Shown here piece by piece: positions 39,198 through 49,693 of a stretch of DNA of 64,000 nt; positions within the stretch are counted from its first letter, which is position 1, and each line of letters starts with the position of its first letter. Origin of the DNA: a candidate division WOR-3 bacterium (GTDB lineage: Bacteria > Hydrothermota > Tepidihabitantia > Tepidihabitantales > Tepidihabitantaceae). Made by a program: the position numbers and the translations under genes. The notes below the pieces were generated by a model. The model was not told the origin of the DNA, ran no database searches, and saw nothing but the letters and a program-made list of their open reading frames with translations. Location of the stretch: contig CBFGIT010000001.1 of the NCBI GenBank assembly GCA_965648905.1, forward strand, positions 64,001-128,000. Reading direction: 5' to 3'.

Positions 39198-39409
39198 GGA
39201 CTAGGCTCCAAGTCTCGCAAATGCAAGACTTAACCCGACTGGTCGTGCTTGTGCAATGCGCGGCTCTAGTCAACGCCGGCCTGACTGCATTCCGCCTGGG
39301 GTTTGTCTCTTGGCTTCTACTCTGCCTGTCGCTGTGTCGCCGCCGCTTTGGCCGTCAGTGCCCAGGGGCCAGTGCCTGACGCGCACGCACTGCACCATGC
39401 GGTGCAAGC

Positions 39410-39437
39410 TTGACTTGGTCGCATTGCGCTCTAGACT
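39410..39437 (+). promoter_or_regulatory. Putative cas operon promoter
   Basis: TTGACT-16 nt-TAGACT upstream of cas6. Palindrome TGCACC-atgc-GGTGCA at 39391-39406. Confidence 0.45.
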
Positions 39438-39510
39438 TCGACTCAACAAGCTGCCCCGGCAGAACGCATTGGTTCGGGCAATGCCGCCTGCCGGGGAGCG
39501 CGAGGGAAAG

Positions 39511-40425
39511 ATGAGAGTTGTACGTCTGAGTGTAGAACTGACCGCTCGTGAACCGGCCCGGCTGCCGCGTTACAAAGGCGCTGTTGTCCGCGGCGGTTTC
39601 GGACTTGCGTTTCGGCGGGTGAGCTGTCCGTTCCCGAAACGCGAGTGTGCTGACTGCCTGCTCGTGAAGCAGTGCGTCTGGTCGTACGTCTTCAACACGC
39701 CCCGACCGGACAACGCCACGGTCATGCGCAAATACGAAACCATTCCCCGGCCCTTTGTCATCGAGCCGCCAGAAGACCAGCGCACCCGGCTTGAGCTCCG
39801 CGACCAACTGCAGTTCGGACTTGTCCTGGTCGGCCGGGCAATCGAGCACATCCCCTACTTCATCTACGCCTTTGAGCAGATGGCCGAGCAGGGGCTGGGA
39901 ACAGGCCGGGGCCGGTTTGCCCTGACCGCGGTCCGACAGGATGGTACGCTCTTTTTCGACAGCAGGGCCAAGTGCTTTGTCACCCCGCTCAGGACGATGT
40001 CACTCGAGCTGGCACCCGGCGCTGACAACCCGGCCCGCGTCACCCTCTACTTCACAACTCCGCTCCGAATCATCCACGAAGGCAGAATGGTACGCCGACC
40101 CGAGTTCCATATCCTGATGCGGGCTCTGCTCCGGCGTCTCGGCCTGCTTGCCTACTTTCATGACCAGCCGGTCGAGCTTGACTACAAGACCCTTATCGGG
40201 CAAGCTGAGAGCGTACCGATGGTGGACTGCGCCCTTGCCCGAGTCGAATGGCGCCGCTTCTCCTCGCGTCAAGACCGCGTGGTCGAGATGGAAGGCATGG
40301 AAGGCAGGGCGACGTACGAAGGCAATGTTGGTCTGTTCCTGCCCTTCCTGAAAGCGGGCGAAATACTCCACGTCGGCAAGGGCACAACTTTCGGCATGGG
40401 CAAATACAAGATGGAGGTGAGATGA
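39511..40425 (+). CDS. cas6: CRISPR pre-crRNA endoribonuclease Cas6
   Basis: C-terminal Gly-rich loop HVGKGTTFGMG, N-terminal Cys cluster, PRPFVIEPP. Confidence 0.92.
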   Translation: MRVVRLSVELTAREPARLPRYKGAVVRGGFGLAFRRVSCPFPKRECADCLLVKQCVWSYVFNTPRPDNATVMRKYETIPRPFVIEPPEDQRTRLELRDQLQFGLVLVGRAIEHIPYFIYAFEQMAEQGLGTGRGRFALTAVRQDGTLFFDSRAKCFVTPLRTMSLELAPGADNPARVTLYFTTPLRIIHEGRMVRRPEFHILMRALLRRLGLLAYFHDQPVELDYKTLIGQAESVPMVDCALARVEWRRFSSRQDRVVEMEGMEGRATYEGNVGLFLPFLKAGEILHVGKGTTFGMGKYKMEVR

Positions 40426-42653
40426 ATAACAACGAAGACCGCGAGTTTCAAACCGTCGTCCTCGCTGCCCTGCTCCACGACATCGGCAAATTCGCTCAAC
40501 GGGCCGGAGTAGTCCCGGGCGGCTACGAACATTTCACCGAAGACGACCACGGTGCTCACGGCGCTCACGGCAAGTGGGGCGCATGGTTTGTCGAGCATTA
40601 CCTGCCTGACGAGTATAAAGCCGCTGGTGCCGCCGTGCTATTCCACCATCGACCCCAAGACCCTGTCACAGAGCTGGTCGCGCGTGCTGACCGTCTTTCT
40701 GCCGGTGAAAGAAACCTGGATTCGGGAGGAGACACATCTAAGTCCAGGCTCGTGCCGATTCTCGGCCGGGTCTATCGTCCGGCGTGGGCCGAAAACGGGT
40801 TCCGACTGAGGCCGCTGTCCATTAGGAAGGACGACGTCTTCCCATTGTGTCCGCAGTCGACTCCGGGTCTCACCGATGAGTACGCTTCTCTCTGGTCCCA
40901 GTTCGCACGCGACGTCGCTGTCCTGCGCAGCAGGAATCTGTCGTTCAGCGCACTGCTCATGACCATGCTTCATCTGCTCCACAAGTACACGTGGTGTATC
41001 CCTAGTGCCGTGTGGGGCTCAGAACCGGACATATCGCTTTATGACCATCTGAAGTCAACCGCAGCTATTGCCGCGGCCCTGTTCAGGTCAGGTCAGCCGG
41101 GCAGGTTCCGGCTCGTGGGCGGCGACATTTGCGGCATCCAGAACTTCATCTATCGACTCGCATCACCGGATGAAGCCCAGGCGGGCATGGCACAACGTCT
41201 GCGCGGCCGTTCGTTCTACGTAGCGCTGCTGGCCGATACAATAGCGGCGGCGGTGCTTGATGAGCTGGCACTGCCCGTGACCAACGCCCTATGGTGCGGC
41301 GGTGGCAACTTCACCATTCTGGCGCACGACATGGCCAACACGCGCGAACTCGAGGTCAGACTGGAAAACTGGCTCTTGGAGCGCTTCCAAGGAGAACTCG
41401 GACTGGCACTCGCCTTTGTGGACATCGACGAGACAGGGCTAGTCAACCTAGCCGACTCCTTGGGCCGACTTGGCCATGAGCTTCAGAAGGCGAAGCAGCA
41501 CAGGTTTGCGTCAGTGGAATGGCATCAGCCGTTCGCATTGACCGGTGAAGTGTGCCGCGTCTGCGGGAAAGACAGTGTCGAAGCTCTCTGTGCTGCATGC
41601 CGACAACACGAGCGGGTCGGCCAGGCAATCCCCCGCAGCAGATACTTGTACCGCGTAGCAGCGGCAGAGGAAGACAGTCAAGACCCGATCACGGAGTTCC
41701 GCGAGTTCGGCGCTGCTTGGGGCTTGGCCGGCGACCTGAGCGACGTGCCAAAGGGAGCCACAGAGGTCTACGCACTCAACACCACGGAGATGCCCCTTGC
41801 GTCAGTGCCACCACACGTCGGATGCGGCTTCAGGCTCCTCGCCCAGCGGGTTCCGGGTGACGGTCACGGCATCCTGACCTTTGACGAGATGGAACGCCGG
41901 AGTACCGGTGCGAAGTTCCTCGGCGCCTTGCGAATGGATGTGGACAATCTAGGCAAGACGTTTGGCTTCGGACTCGGCCAAAACAAGACGCTGTCCAGAA
42001 TTGCCGCACTAAGTCGGTCGATTGACCTTTTCTTCAGCGGCTACCTGAATGAGCTTGCTTCAGACTTCGAAACAGCCTACGTACTGTACGCCGGTGGAGA
42101 CGACGTCTTTGTTGTTGCTGCCTGGGACGAGGCTGTGGCCGTGGCGCGCCGGATCCGGGACGAACTGATGGCCTACTCCTGTGACAACGACCACGTGTGC
42201 ATCTCCGCCGGATTACACCTCTTCAAGCACGCATTCCCGATCGGCATCGCGGCCGGGCTGGCACGGGAAAAGCTGGAGAATCTGGCGAAGAAGAATGCGT
42301 CTGAAGGTCGCGAGAAAGATTCTCTCGCCGTCTTTGAATTCCCCTGCACCTGGCACAGAGCACGCGAAGCGCTCGCTCTTGCAGCAGAGGTGCTCAGACC
42401 GAGCATCGAGTCGAAACACTTGTCGCGACGCTTCTTGTACAACCTGCTAGACATCTATCGCACCCATTTCCGCAACGGAGTCGAGCACATTGGCTGGGTA
42501 CCCAGGTTTCGGTACCTGCTGAAGCGCAACGTCCCTGCAGAGGTCGACGGCCACCCCAATGAGCTGTATGCTACGCTTCTGGCGAAAATGCCGACGATGA
42601 TGAGACTCACGCCCCTCTGGGCAAATTGGGTTCTACTGGCAACAAGAGACTAA
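40422..42653 (+). CDS. cas10: Type III-A Cas10/Csm1
   Basis: HD domain LLHDIGKF, SLYDH, LRGRSF, Zn finger, MDVDNLG and YAGGDD palm motif. Confidence 0.96.
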   Translation: MNNNEDREFQTVVLAALLHDIGKFAQRAGVVPGGYEHFTEDDHGAHGAHGKWGAWFVEHYLPDEYKAAGAAVLFHHRPQDPVTELVARADRLSAGERNLDSGGDTSKSRLVPILGRVYRPAWAENGFRLRPLSIRKDDVFPLCPQSTPGLTDEYASLWSQFARDVAVLRSRNLSFSALLMTMLHLLHKYTWCIPSAVWGSEPDISLYDHLKSTAAIAAALFRSGQPGRFRLVGGDICGIQNFIYRLASPDEAQAGMAQRLRGRSFYVALLADTIAAAVLDELALPVTNALWCGGGNFTILAHDMANTRELEVRLENWLLERFQGELGLALAFVDIDETGLVNLADSLGRLGHELQKAKQHRFASVEWHQPFALTGEVCRVCGKDSVEALCAACRQHERVGQAIPRSRYLYRVAAAEEDSQDPITEFREFGAAWGLAGDLSDVPKGATEVYALNTTEMPLASVPPHVGCGFRLLAQRVPGDGHGILTFDEMERRSTGAKFLGALRMDVDNLGKTFGFGLGQNKTLSRIAALSRSIDLFFSGYLNELASDFETAYVLYAGGDDVFVVAAWDEAVAVARRIRDELMAYSCDNDHVCISAGLHLFKHAFPIGIAAGLAREKLENLAKKNASEGREKDSLAVFEFPCTWHRAREALALAAEVLRPSIESKHLSRRFLYNLLDIYRTHFRNGVEHIGWVPRFRYLLKRNVPAEVDGHPNELYATLLAKMPTMMRLTPLWANWVLLATRD

Positions 42654-42663
42654 AGGAGGCAAT

Positions 42664-43086
42664 ATGCCCACGACACTAGATGATTTCGTGACAAGCATCA
42701 GATCCAAGAGCTGCTTGGACGACGATATGATGGCGAAGGCCGAGAAGCTGGGCCAGGAGCTGGGAGGAGTCACCACCAGCAAGATGCGTCAGTACTTCGA
42801 CGACATCAAAGGCCTACGGCGCATGGTCGAGAGCAGGGCAAGTGCGCAGCAGGTCAAGGTGAAGCTGCGCCTCGTGCAGTCGCGGCTTGCCTATGACGTA
42901 GGCCGGGCCAGCAAGAAACAGCGGCCCGACATGGAGAAACTCAAGCGCTTCCTGGACGCAGGTATCTCTCGGGTCTTGAACAGCAACGACGCCTGCCAAG
43001 CGGTCAAGGACTTTGCCGTGTTCTTCGAATGCGTCTATGGGTACTTCTACTCCAACGCCAAACCGGAGAATGAGGAGGAAAGATGA
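42664..43086 (+). CDS. csm2: Type III-A small subunit Csm2
   Basis: TTSKMRQYFD, RLAY.VGR, FFE..YGY. Position after cas10. Confidence 0.88.
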   Translation: MPTTLDDFVTSIRSKSCLDDDMMAKAEKLGQELGGVTTSKMRQYFDDIKGLRRMVESRASAQQVKVKLRLVQSRLAYDVGRASKKQRPDMEKLKRFLDAGISRVLNSNDACQAVKDFAVFFECVYGYFYSNAKPENEEER

Positions 43087-43919
43087 GCTACAGGTTTCTA
43101 GGAAACATCATAGTGACCGGCACAATCAAGTGCGAAACCGCCTTGCACATTGGTGGCACAGTCGAAGGTTATGAAATCGGTGGGATGGATAACCCCGTTA
43201 TCCGTGAACCCGTAACCGGGTATCCCTACATACCAGGGTCTTCGCTCAAAGGGAAGATGCGCAGTCTGCTGGAATGGGCCAAAGGTCACGTACAGGTTGC
43301 CGAGGTCGACAAGAACGGCAAGAAAAGGGAAGTTGGCGAGGTCCACAGTTGCAGCAGAGCAGACTGCCCGGTCTGTCGTTCATTTGGCACACCGGCCGAA
43401 CAGACCAGAATCGTGGGGCCGACTCGGCTCTTGGTGCGGGACGCACACCCGACCGAAGACACCAAGAAGAACCTCGACCGTCTGCAACTCGAAAAGGGCC
43501 TTCCCAAGGCCGAATGGAAGTCGGAGAACTATATGAACCGCGTAACAGCACAGGCCACGCCGCGGACCATCGAGCGTGTTCCACAGGGCGCGGAGTTCGC
43601 GCTTGAGTTGGTCTACGGGCTGTACCGGGTAGAAGGCGAACAGGACATTGTCGACATTGGTCACCTGCAGTACGTGATTGAAGCGATGCGCCTGCTGGAA
43701 GACTCGGCACTGGGCGGGTATGGTTCGCGCGGCTCCGGCAAGATTTCGTTCGACCTTGCCGGGAGTGTCCTTCTCCGAACAACCGCCGACTATGAGACGG
43801 GCAAGCCCGGTATACCGCTTGACTTTGGCTCTCTCAAGGACGCAGACGTTGGCAAGCTTAAAGAGCAGGTGAAAAGGCACCTGGCCCAGGCAGATGAAGG
43901 CGCTGACGCTACATCTTAG
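43083..43919 (+). CDS. csm3: Type III-A RAMP Csm3
   Basis: LHIGG...IGGMDNPV, PYIPGSSLKGKMRS, LGGYGSRGSG. Confidence 0.95.
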   Translation: MSYRFLGNIIVTGTIKCETALHIGGTVEGYEIGGMDNPVIREPVTGYPYIPGSSLKGKMRSLLEWAKGHVQVAEVDKNGKKREVGEVHSCSRADCPVCRSFGTPAEQTRIVGPTRLLVRDAHPTEDTKKNLDRLQLEKGLPKAEWKSENYMNRVTAQATPRTIERVPQGAEFALELVYGLYRVEGEQDIVDIGHLQYVIEAMRLLEDSALGGYGSRGSGKISFDLAGSVLLRTTADYETGKPGIPLDFGSLKDADVGKLKEQVKRHLAQADEGADATS

Positions 43920-44901
43920 GTCCCCGTCGGGATTCAAGGATACCCTGCCTCGCTCTGATACGCTGTTCGGCGCGGTCTGTTGGGGCATCTGGCTACTATA
44001 CGGTGAAGTGAGGCTCAGGCAGTTCCTTGCGAGCTACGCGAACGAGAATCCTGCGCTAGTAGTGTCGTCGGCATTTCCTTACTTGGTAAGCGACGGACAG
44101 ACAACACATCTCTTCCCCAAACCAAAGTCCTGCCCCGCGACACCGCCAGCCGACGAGCGCCACTTCGGGCTTGCCAAGCGTTTCCGAAAGGTCAGATACC
44201 TGGACGACGCGTTGTTCCAAAAGGTCATCGAAAACGGCCTGACCAATCAGGACCTGTGGGATTCGCTGGTTCGGAATGAGACAACTCTTTCAGATGACCA
44301 ACAGGTTCTCTCGCACGTCCGCTCGAAAGGCCCCGGCTTGAAGCTTGAGGTGGTACCTGGCAATGCAATCGACCGGCTCGCCGGAGGTACGCTTGAAGGC
44401 ATGCTCTACCATTCGACCGAATGGTTCTTCGGCCCGGACACGGGGGCGTTCTTTCTTGCCCGCCTTGCTGAAGAATGGGAGAAGGAAGCGCTCGCGGTGT
44501 TCCGCTACTACGGGGACAAAGGGCTGGGCGGCGACAGCTCGGTCGGCAAGGGCAACTACAAACTCGACGTAAATGATGGCTTGCCGTATCGAGAGCCGTC
44601 CGACGGCAAGCGCTGGGTGACGTTGTCGCTGTACTATCCGAAACCGGCTGAGTGGGATTTCTGCCGGAACAATCCCGAACAATCCTGGTACTCGGTGATA
44701 CGGCGCAAGGGCAGAGTCGAGAGCGCCTTCAGCCCGACTACCAACTCCTGGAAGAAATCTGTGCTGATGCTTGAAGAAGGGTCGAGCTTCCCTGTCATTG
44801 ACGGAATCGGTGAGTACGGGATGCTGCCCGAGGTTGGGGCAAGACCGGATGGTGCCAAGGTGCTCCAAAATGGGCTTGCTTTCCCGGTCAAGATGAGGTG
44901 A
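43894..44901 (+). CDS. csm4: Type III-A RAMP Csm4
   Basis: SDTLFGA, SSAFP, GLGGDSSVGKG, EEGS.F. Confidence 0.92.
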   Translation: MKALTLHLRSPSGFKDTLPRSDTLFGAVCWGIWLLYGEVRLRQFLASYANENPALVVSSAFPYLVSDGQTTHLFPKPKSCPATPPADERHFGLAKRFRKVRYLDDALFQKVIENGLTNQDLWDSLVRNETTLSDDQQVLSHVRSKGPGLKLEVVPGNAIDRLAGGTLEGMLYHSTEWFFGPDTGAFFLARLAEEWEKEALAVFRYYGDKGLGGDSSVGKGNYKLDVNDGLPYREPSDGKRWVTLSLYYPKPAEWDFCRNNPEQSWYSVIRRKGRVESAFSPTTNSWKKSVLMLEEGSSFPVIDGIGEYGMLPEVGARPDGAKVLQNGLAFPVKMR

Positions 44902-44904
44902 ACC

Positions 44905-46080
44905 ATGAGCACAAGAGCAACAGACACCTATGAACTGAAGCTCACCCCACTCAGTCCGATCCACATCGGAACTGGCCGCGAGTACTTTCCCCAAGAGTAC
45001 TGTCTTGTCAGCGATCCAGACCGCGTCCTTATTGTAGACCTGAACTCGCTGATTCAGAAGTACCCGGACATTGCCGAACAGAGCTTTGCGGCTGGGAGAC
45101 GCGAACCCCTCTGGAAAACCCCGGCTGGCAACCTGGTCCGACAGGATAAGTCATTGGTTCTATACTCTGACAAGACCGACCGCCATACTGCCGGCGACAT
45201 CAAGACTTACGCCGAGCGCGGCAACGCCGCAACCATACGGGAGTTTACCAAGACGGCAAACTCGCAACCCTACATTCCTGGCAGTTCCGTCAAAGGCGCG
45301 GTTCGTACGGCAATCGCGTACGCCCTGCTCAGCAGTTCGGCTGAGATGTTCACCCGGTTCAAGCGTGCGGTTGTATTGACCGACAATGGCAGGGTTAGGC
45401 AAGGAGACAAGGAGGCAGTCGAGCACGCGGTGTTCGGCGACAGCGGAGACGCACACGAAGACATCATGCGCGTCTGGTCGTTCAGCGACTCATCCTCGCT
45501 GGCCTGTGACCGGACGCTCACTGTGGTGAAGGGCAAACGGCTGTCAAGCACTGGGCCGCTCGGGTATGAGAACTACTATGAGGTCCTGACCGAGACGAGT
45601 GGTCCGCTTCTGCTTCGATCGGCATTTGACCGTGCGTTGGCAGCGTCGGGCGCATGGACGAGCAAGACGTTGTCCGGTCTGCCCAAGACCATGAAAGATG
45701 TTTTCTCGTGCCTGAATCAGTTTGCTGACGACATCATCGCGTATGAACTTACCTATTTCGATAGGCATCCAGCCAAGCCGCAGGAAGTCGTGAACTTCTA
45801 TCAAACCCTCAAGCAGCGACGCGAGCACGGCGAGGTTCTGCTCTGTCTAGGCAAGGGCACTGGTTGGCATAGGAAGACCATAGGCCAGCTTCTGCGCAAG
45901 GACCGAAGCTCCATCTTCCGCGACGTCGTAAGCGCGTACAGCCTCGGCAAGGGCCAACGCCGCTTCACAGACTTTCCGACCTCCCGTGAGATGGCCGTTC
46001 GCGCCCGCATGCCGGGCGTGTTCGGTTGGGCCAGAATTGAACAGATGAGCAGCAAGCAACCAGATGGGAGAACCAGATGA
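44905..46080 (+). CDS. csm5: Type III-A RAMP Csm5
   Basis: TPLSPIHIGTG, YIPGSSVKGA.RTA, LGKGTG, FGW. Confidence 0.92.
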   Translation: MSTRATDTYELKLTPLSPIHIGTGREYFPQEYCLVSDPDRVLIVDLNSLIQKYPDIAEQSFAAGRREPLWKTPAGNLVRQDKSLVLYSDKTDRHTAGDIKTYAERGNAATIREFTKTANSQPYIPGSSVKGAVRTAIAYALLSSSAEMFTRFKRAVVLTDNGRVRQGDKEAVEHAVFGDSGDAHEDIMRVWSFSDSSSLACDRTLTVVKGKRLSSTGPLGYENYYEVLTETSGPLLLRSAFDRALAASGAWTSKTLSGLPKTMKDVFSCLNQFADDIIAYELTYFDRHPAKPQEVVNFYQTLKQRREHGEVLLCLGKGTGWHRKTIGQLLRKDRSSIFRDVVSAYSLGKGQRRFTDFPTSREMAVRARMPGVFGWARIEQMSSKQPDGRTR

Positions 46081-47306
46081 CAGCTTACATTGCCACTGTC
46101 GGCACGAGTGAGGCACGCAAGGGTGACATTGTTGCCGCCCTGTCTTTGTCCGCAGGCCAGATGACCCCCGGTTTCGTTCTGCTGTTGGCCACAGAGAAAT
46201 CTAGGCCCAACGCCGACGCCATCCTCCAGCAACTTGGCCGCGACGACAGCAACTCGCTTATCTACGTCCTCGAGGCCGAGCCTGAACACGCGCAGAACAT
46301 CTATAACGAAACGATTGACGTCATAACGCGGACGCTGAGCCGGCACCATATTCGGCCCGACGACGCCACCGCTGACATTACGTCAGGAACCAAACCGATG
46401 TCCGCAGCTCTGACCTTGGCCGCAGTTAAGCTCGGAATCGGCTATCTACGGTACGTGGCGGTCGAGAAGACTGCTAACAAGGAGGTCTGTACCGGCACCG
46501 AGGAGCTTCGGACGTTCCGGCCACTGGGCTTCCGTGCATCGCTCCTGCTCGACTCGGCGGTCAACCTGATGCGCCAGTACCGTTTCGATGCTGTCCGGCA
46601 ACTGCTTGAACCCATGCCCGAACACCTGTTGAGCGAATCTGAGAGGGCGACAAGGACCTGTCTCCTCTGTCTGGCGCGTGCATATTCCCACTGGGACATG
46701 TTCCGCCACACGCACTTTCAGGGCGAGTACGGCAAGGCGCGCTTTGGCGGCTTACCCGAGCTTCAGCAGTTCCGGCCTCAGCCCGACACGGTGCGAACGG
46801 TCTTGGAACTGGGCGTGGCTCTTGAGCAGGGCAAGCCGACCGACCTGGCTGTCGTCGACCTCATCAACAACGCCCGTCGCCGCATCGAAGAAGGCAAGTT
46901 CGACGACGCGACCGCCCGGCTCTACCGTGCCACCGAGATGCTTGCTCAGTGGCGACTGCACACCAAGCACGGCATCGACACTTCCGATGTTGACATCAAC
47001 AAGGTGCCACAGGCTTCGCGTCAATGGCTGGAGTACAGCCGCGACAACACCGACAAGAAAATCAGAGTCGCCTGCGAACGCGGCTACCGGCTTCTCTTCG
47101 ACCTGGGTGACCCGCTGGGCCCTGCTTTCAAAGACATCAAAGGCAATCTCCGGACTCGCAACGACTCCATCCTGGCCCACGGGCTCACGCCTGTCACCGA
47201 GGAAGTCTGCAACAGCCTGCGCAAAGCGGTCGAGAAGATGGCGAAGGAGGCCATCGCCGACTACGACTCGAAGTCCGCTCTGCTCCGGTTTCCCTGGAGC
47301 AGGTAG
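46077..47306 (+). CDS. CARF-domain effector, TIGR02710/Csm6-like, with HEPN-like motif
   Basis: TVGTS, DITSGTKPMS (CARF), ARLYRA.E, RNDSILAHG. Confidence 0.85.
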   Translation: MTAYIATVGTSEARKGDIVAALSLSAGQMTPGFVLLLATEKSRPNADAILQQLGRDDSNSLIYVLEAEPEHAQNIYNETIDVITRTLSRHHIRPDDATADITSGTKPMSAALTLAAVKLGIGYLRYVAVEKTANKEVCTGTEELRTFRPLGFRASLLLDSAVNLMRQYRFDAVRQLLEPMPEHLLSESERATRTCLLCLARAYSHWDMFRHTHFQGEYGKARFGGLPELQQFRPQPDTVRTVLELGVALEQGKPTDLAVVDLINNARRRIEEGKFDDATARLYRATEMLAQWRLHTKHGIDTSDVDINKVPQASRQWLEYSRDNTDKKIRVACERGYRLLFDLGDPLGPAFKDIKGNLRTRNDSILAHGLTPVTEEVCNSLRKAVEKMAKEAIADYDSKSALLRFPWSR

Positions 47307-47414
47307 CCACCGGCCGACCAGCCGGTGGCACAGGCGGTCCGCGCCTGCTGCTCTTTGACAATTTGGAGTGAAACCGACCCCAACACATCATCGACCAAAC
47401 CTGAGGCGGACACA

Positions 47415-48404
47415 ATGGCTACCCTCTATGTGACTGAACAAGGCGCCAAGCTCACCCGTGAATCACGCCGTCTCCTGGTCGTACGCGGCGACGAAACTCT
47501 GCTTGACGTCCCGACCATCAAAGTCGAACGCGTGCTCATCTTCGGCTACTGCCAGATTACCACCCAGGCGCTCGAACTCCTGCTCAACGAAGGCATTCCG
47601 ACCGCGTTCCTCTCCATGGAAGGCCGGCTCAAAGGCACACTCGAACCGACGAAATCGAAGAACATCCCGCTGCGCGTGGCCCAGTACGAAACCTGCCGCC
47701 AGCCCGACTTCTGCCTCACCATGGCCAAACGCATCGTCGCCGGCAAAGTCAAGAACCAGTCGCGGCTGGTACAGCGCTTTGCTCACAACCGGCCCGAGCT
47801 CGACTTCGCCCAGGTGCAGGCCGACCTTGCCCGCCTGCACAGCGAGGTTGACCACAAGACCGCGGCCGGCGGCCTGCTGGGAATTGAAGGACACGCGACC
47901 GCCGTCTACTTCGACGCCTTCCGCCAGATGTTCCAGCAGCTCTCCTTCGAACGCCGCACGCGCCGGCCGCCAACCGACCCGGTCAACTCGCTCCTGAGCC
48001 TCGGCTACACCATGCTCGCCAACGAATACCTCTCAGCCGTCGCCGCCGTCGGACTCGACCCGCACCTGGGCTACTTCCACTGCGTCAGCTACGGTCGCCC
48101 CTCGCTCGCGCTCGACCTCTGCGAAGAGCTCCGCCACCCGCTTGTCGACATGCTCACGCTCGACCTGGTCAACCGCGCCATCCTCAAAGAAGACGACTTC
48201 AACCAGGAGCAAGGCGGCTTCATGCTCAAACCCGAAGCGAGAAAGCGTTACTTTGCCAAGTACGAACGCCGCATGACCATCCGGTTCAAACACCCGCGCA
48301 CCGGCCAGACTACCAACGTTCGTTCGATAATCCGCGACCAGGCGCTGGCGATGGCGCACGCGATTCAAGAGAAGAAACCCTATGAACCATACTACATCGG
48401 ATAG
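47415..48404 (+). CDS. cas1: CRISPR-associated endonuclease Cas1
   Basis: TLYVTEQG, LLGIEG, DPVNSLLSLGY, GYFH, SLALDLCEELR. No RT fusion. Confidence 0.96.
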   Translation: MATLYVTEQGAKLTRESRRLLVVRGDETLLDVPTIKVERVLIFGYCQITTQALELLLNEGIPTAFLSMEGRLKGTLEPTKSKNIPLRVAQYETCRQPDFCLTMAKRIVAGKVKNQSRLVQRFAHNRPELDFAQVQADLARLHSEVDHKTAAGGLLGIEGHATAVYFDAFRQMFQQLSFERRTRRPPTDPVNSLLSLGYTMLANEYLSAVAAVGLDPHLGYFHCVSYGRPSLALDLCEELRHPLVDMLTLDLVNRAILKEDDFNQEQGGFMLKPEARKRYFAKYERRMTIRFKHPRTGQTTNVRSIIRDQALAMAHAIQEKKPYEPYYIG

Positions 48405-48413
48405 AGGTGGCAG

Positions 48414-48713
48414 ATGAACCAGACCAGCTCCGACCAGTGGCACGTTGTCGTCAGCTACGACATCAAGAGCGACCGCCGCCGCAACAAGGTATGCAAGGCC
48501 ATGAAAGACTACGGCGAACATATCCAGTACAGCGTCTTCGAATGCCTGCTCAAGCCCAAGGACCTCGACCGGATGGCAAAGCGCGTCCAGTCGCTGATTG
48601 ACGAAGCCGAAGACAACGTTAGAATATACGTGCTTTGCGCTGCCTGCCGTGACCGGGCCAGGGTTATCGGCCAGGGCCAGGTCATAGAAGACCCTGACGT
48701 TCTGGTGGTTTAG
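48414..48713 (+). CDS. cas2: CRISPR-associated endoribonuclease Cas2
   Basis: VVSYDI, RR.KV, QYSVFEC. Confidence 0.96.
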   Translation: MNQTSSDQWHVVVSYDIKSDRRRNKVCKAMKDYGEHIQYSVFECLLKPKDLDRMAKRVQSLIDEAEDNVRIYVLCAACRDRARVIGQGQVIEDPDVLVV

Positions 48714-48805
48714 TTCTGGGTTGACGGCAAGAGGCGCAAGAACAGGGGTCTCAACCCAAACGGCCTACTTAAGCTACTGTTTAGCAATAGCTTACAAGGC
48801 CGAGG
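48714..48805 (+). promoter_or_regulatory. CRISPR leader
   Basis: Relatively AT-rich non-coding stretch between cas2 and the first repeat. Degenerate repeats lie at the far end of the array. Confidence 0.65.
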
Positions 48806-49693
48806 GTCAGAATCCTCGCCCTGATGAAAAAGGGATTACGACCTGTAGGCTTACACCCACAGCACGAACACTCAATTGTCGTCAGAATCCTCGCCCTGAT
48901 GAAAAAGGGATTACGACAAGCCGTCCGGTGACTCCCAGTTGTCGTCGTAGCAGGCACGTCAGAATCCTCGCCCTGATGAAAAAGGGATTACGACGCAGAC
49001 GCCAGACTCAAGCTCGACCCAGCTCTGCTGCGTCAGAATCCTCGCCCTGATGAAAAAGGGATTACGACGCTTCTCTGTCAGCGAGTACGAAGCGCGGCCT
49101 ATCGAGTACCGAGTCAGAATCCTCGCCCTGATGAAAAAGGGATTACGACCAAGGTCCAAAGAACCCCATGACGATCACGGAGCATCCAGATTCGGTCAGA
49201 ATCCTCGCCCTGATGAAAAAGGGATTACGACGAGGAGTTCGCAGCGCTTCTGAGAATCGGCGCGAAGTGGGTCAGAATCCTCGCCCTGATGAAAAAGGGA
49301 TTACGACGTGTCGGTGGTTCAAGCGTGTCGTTCTCATCCTGCGTTGAGTCAGAATCCTCGCCCTGATGAAAAAGGGATTACGACCTGACGTGGTGGGCGA
49401 AGATACGCTCGTTCTGGTTCTGCCTGTCAGAATCCTCGCCCTGATGAAAAAGGGATTACGACCCCACATAGGGACCCCAATACCCTGCGCATACATTTCT
49501 CTGGGTCAGAATCCTCGCCCTGATGAAAAAGGGATTACGACCTATCGGTGAGCCTTACTGCCACCTTCCCAACACCAGGTATGTCAGAATCCTCGCCCTG
49601 ATGAAAAAGGGATTACGACTTCAAGAGGGTGTCCACGAACTCCAGCAGGTAGTTGCGGTACGTCAGAATCCTCGCCCTGATGAAAAAGGGATT

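Noticed and set aside
47325..48404. RT-Cas1 fusion or a nearby reverse transcriptase or transposase explaining the inserts
   Set aside because: Cas1 is stand-alone (about 329 aa), and I recognised no RT, DDE or HUH motifs in the window.
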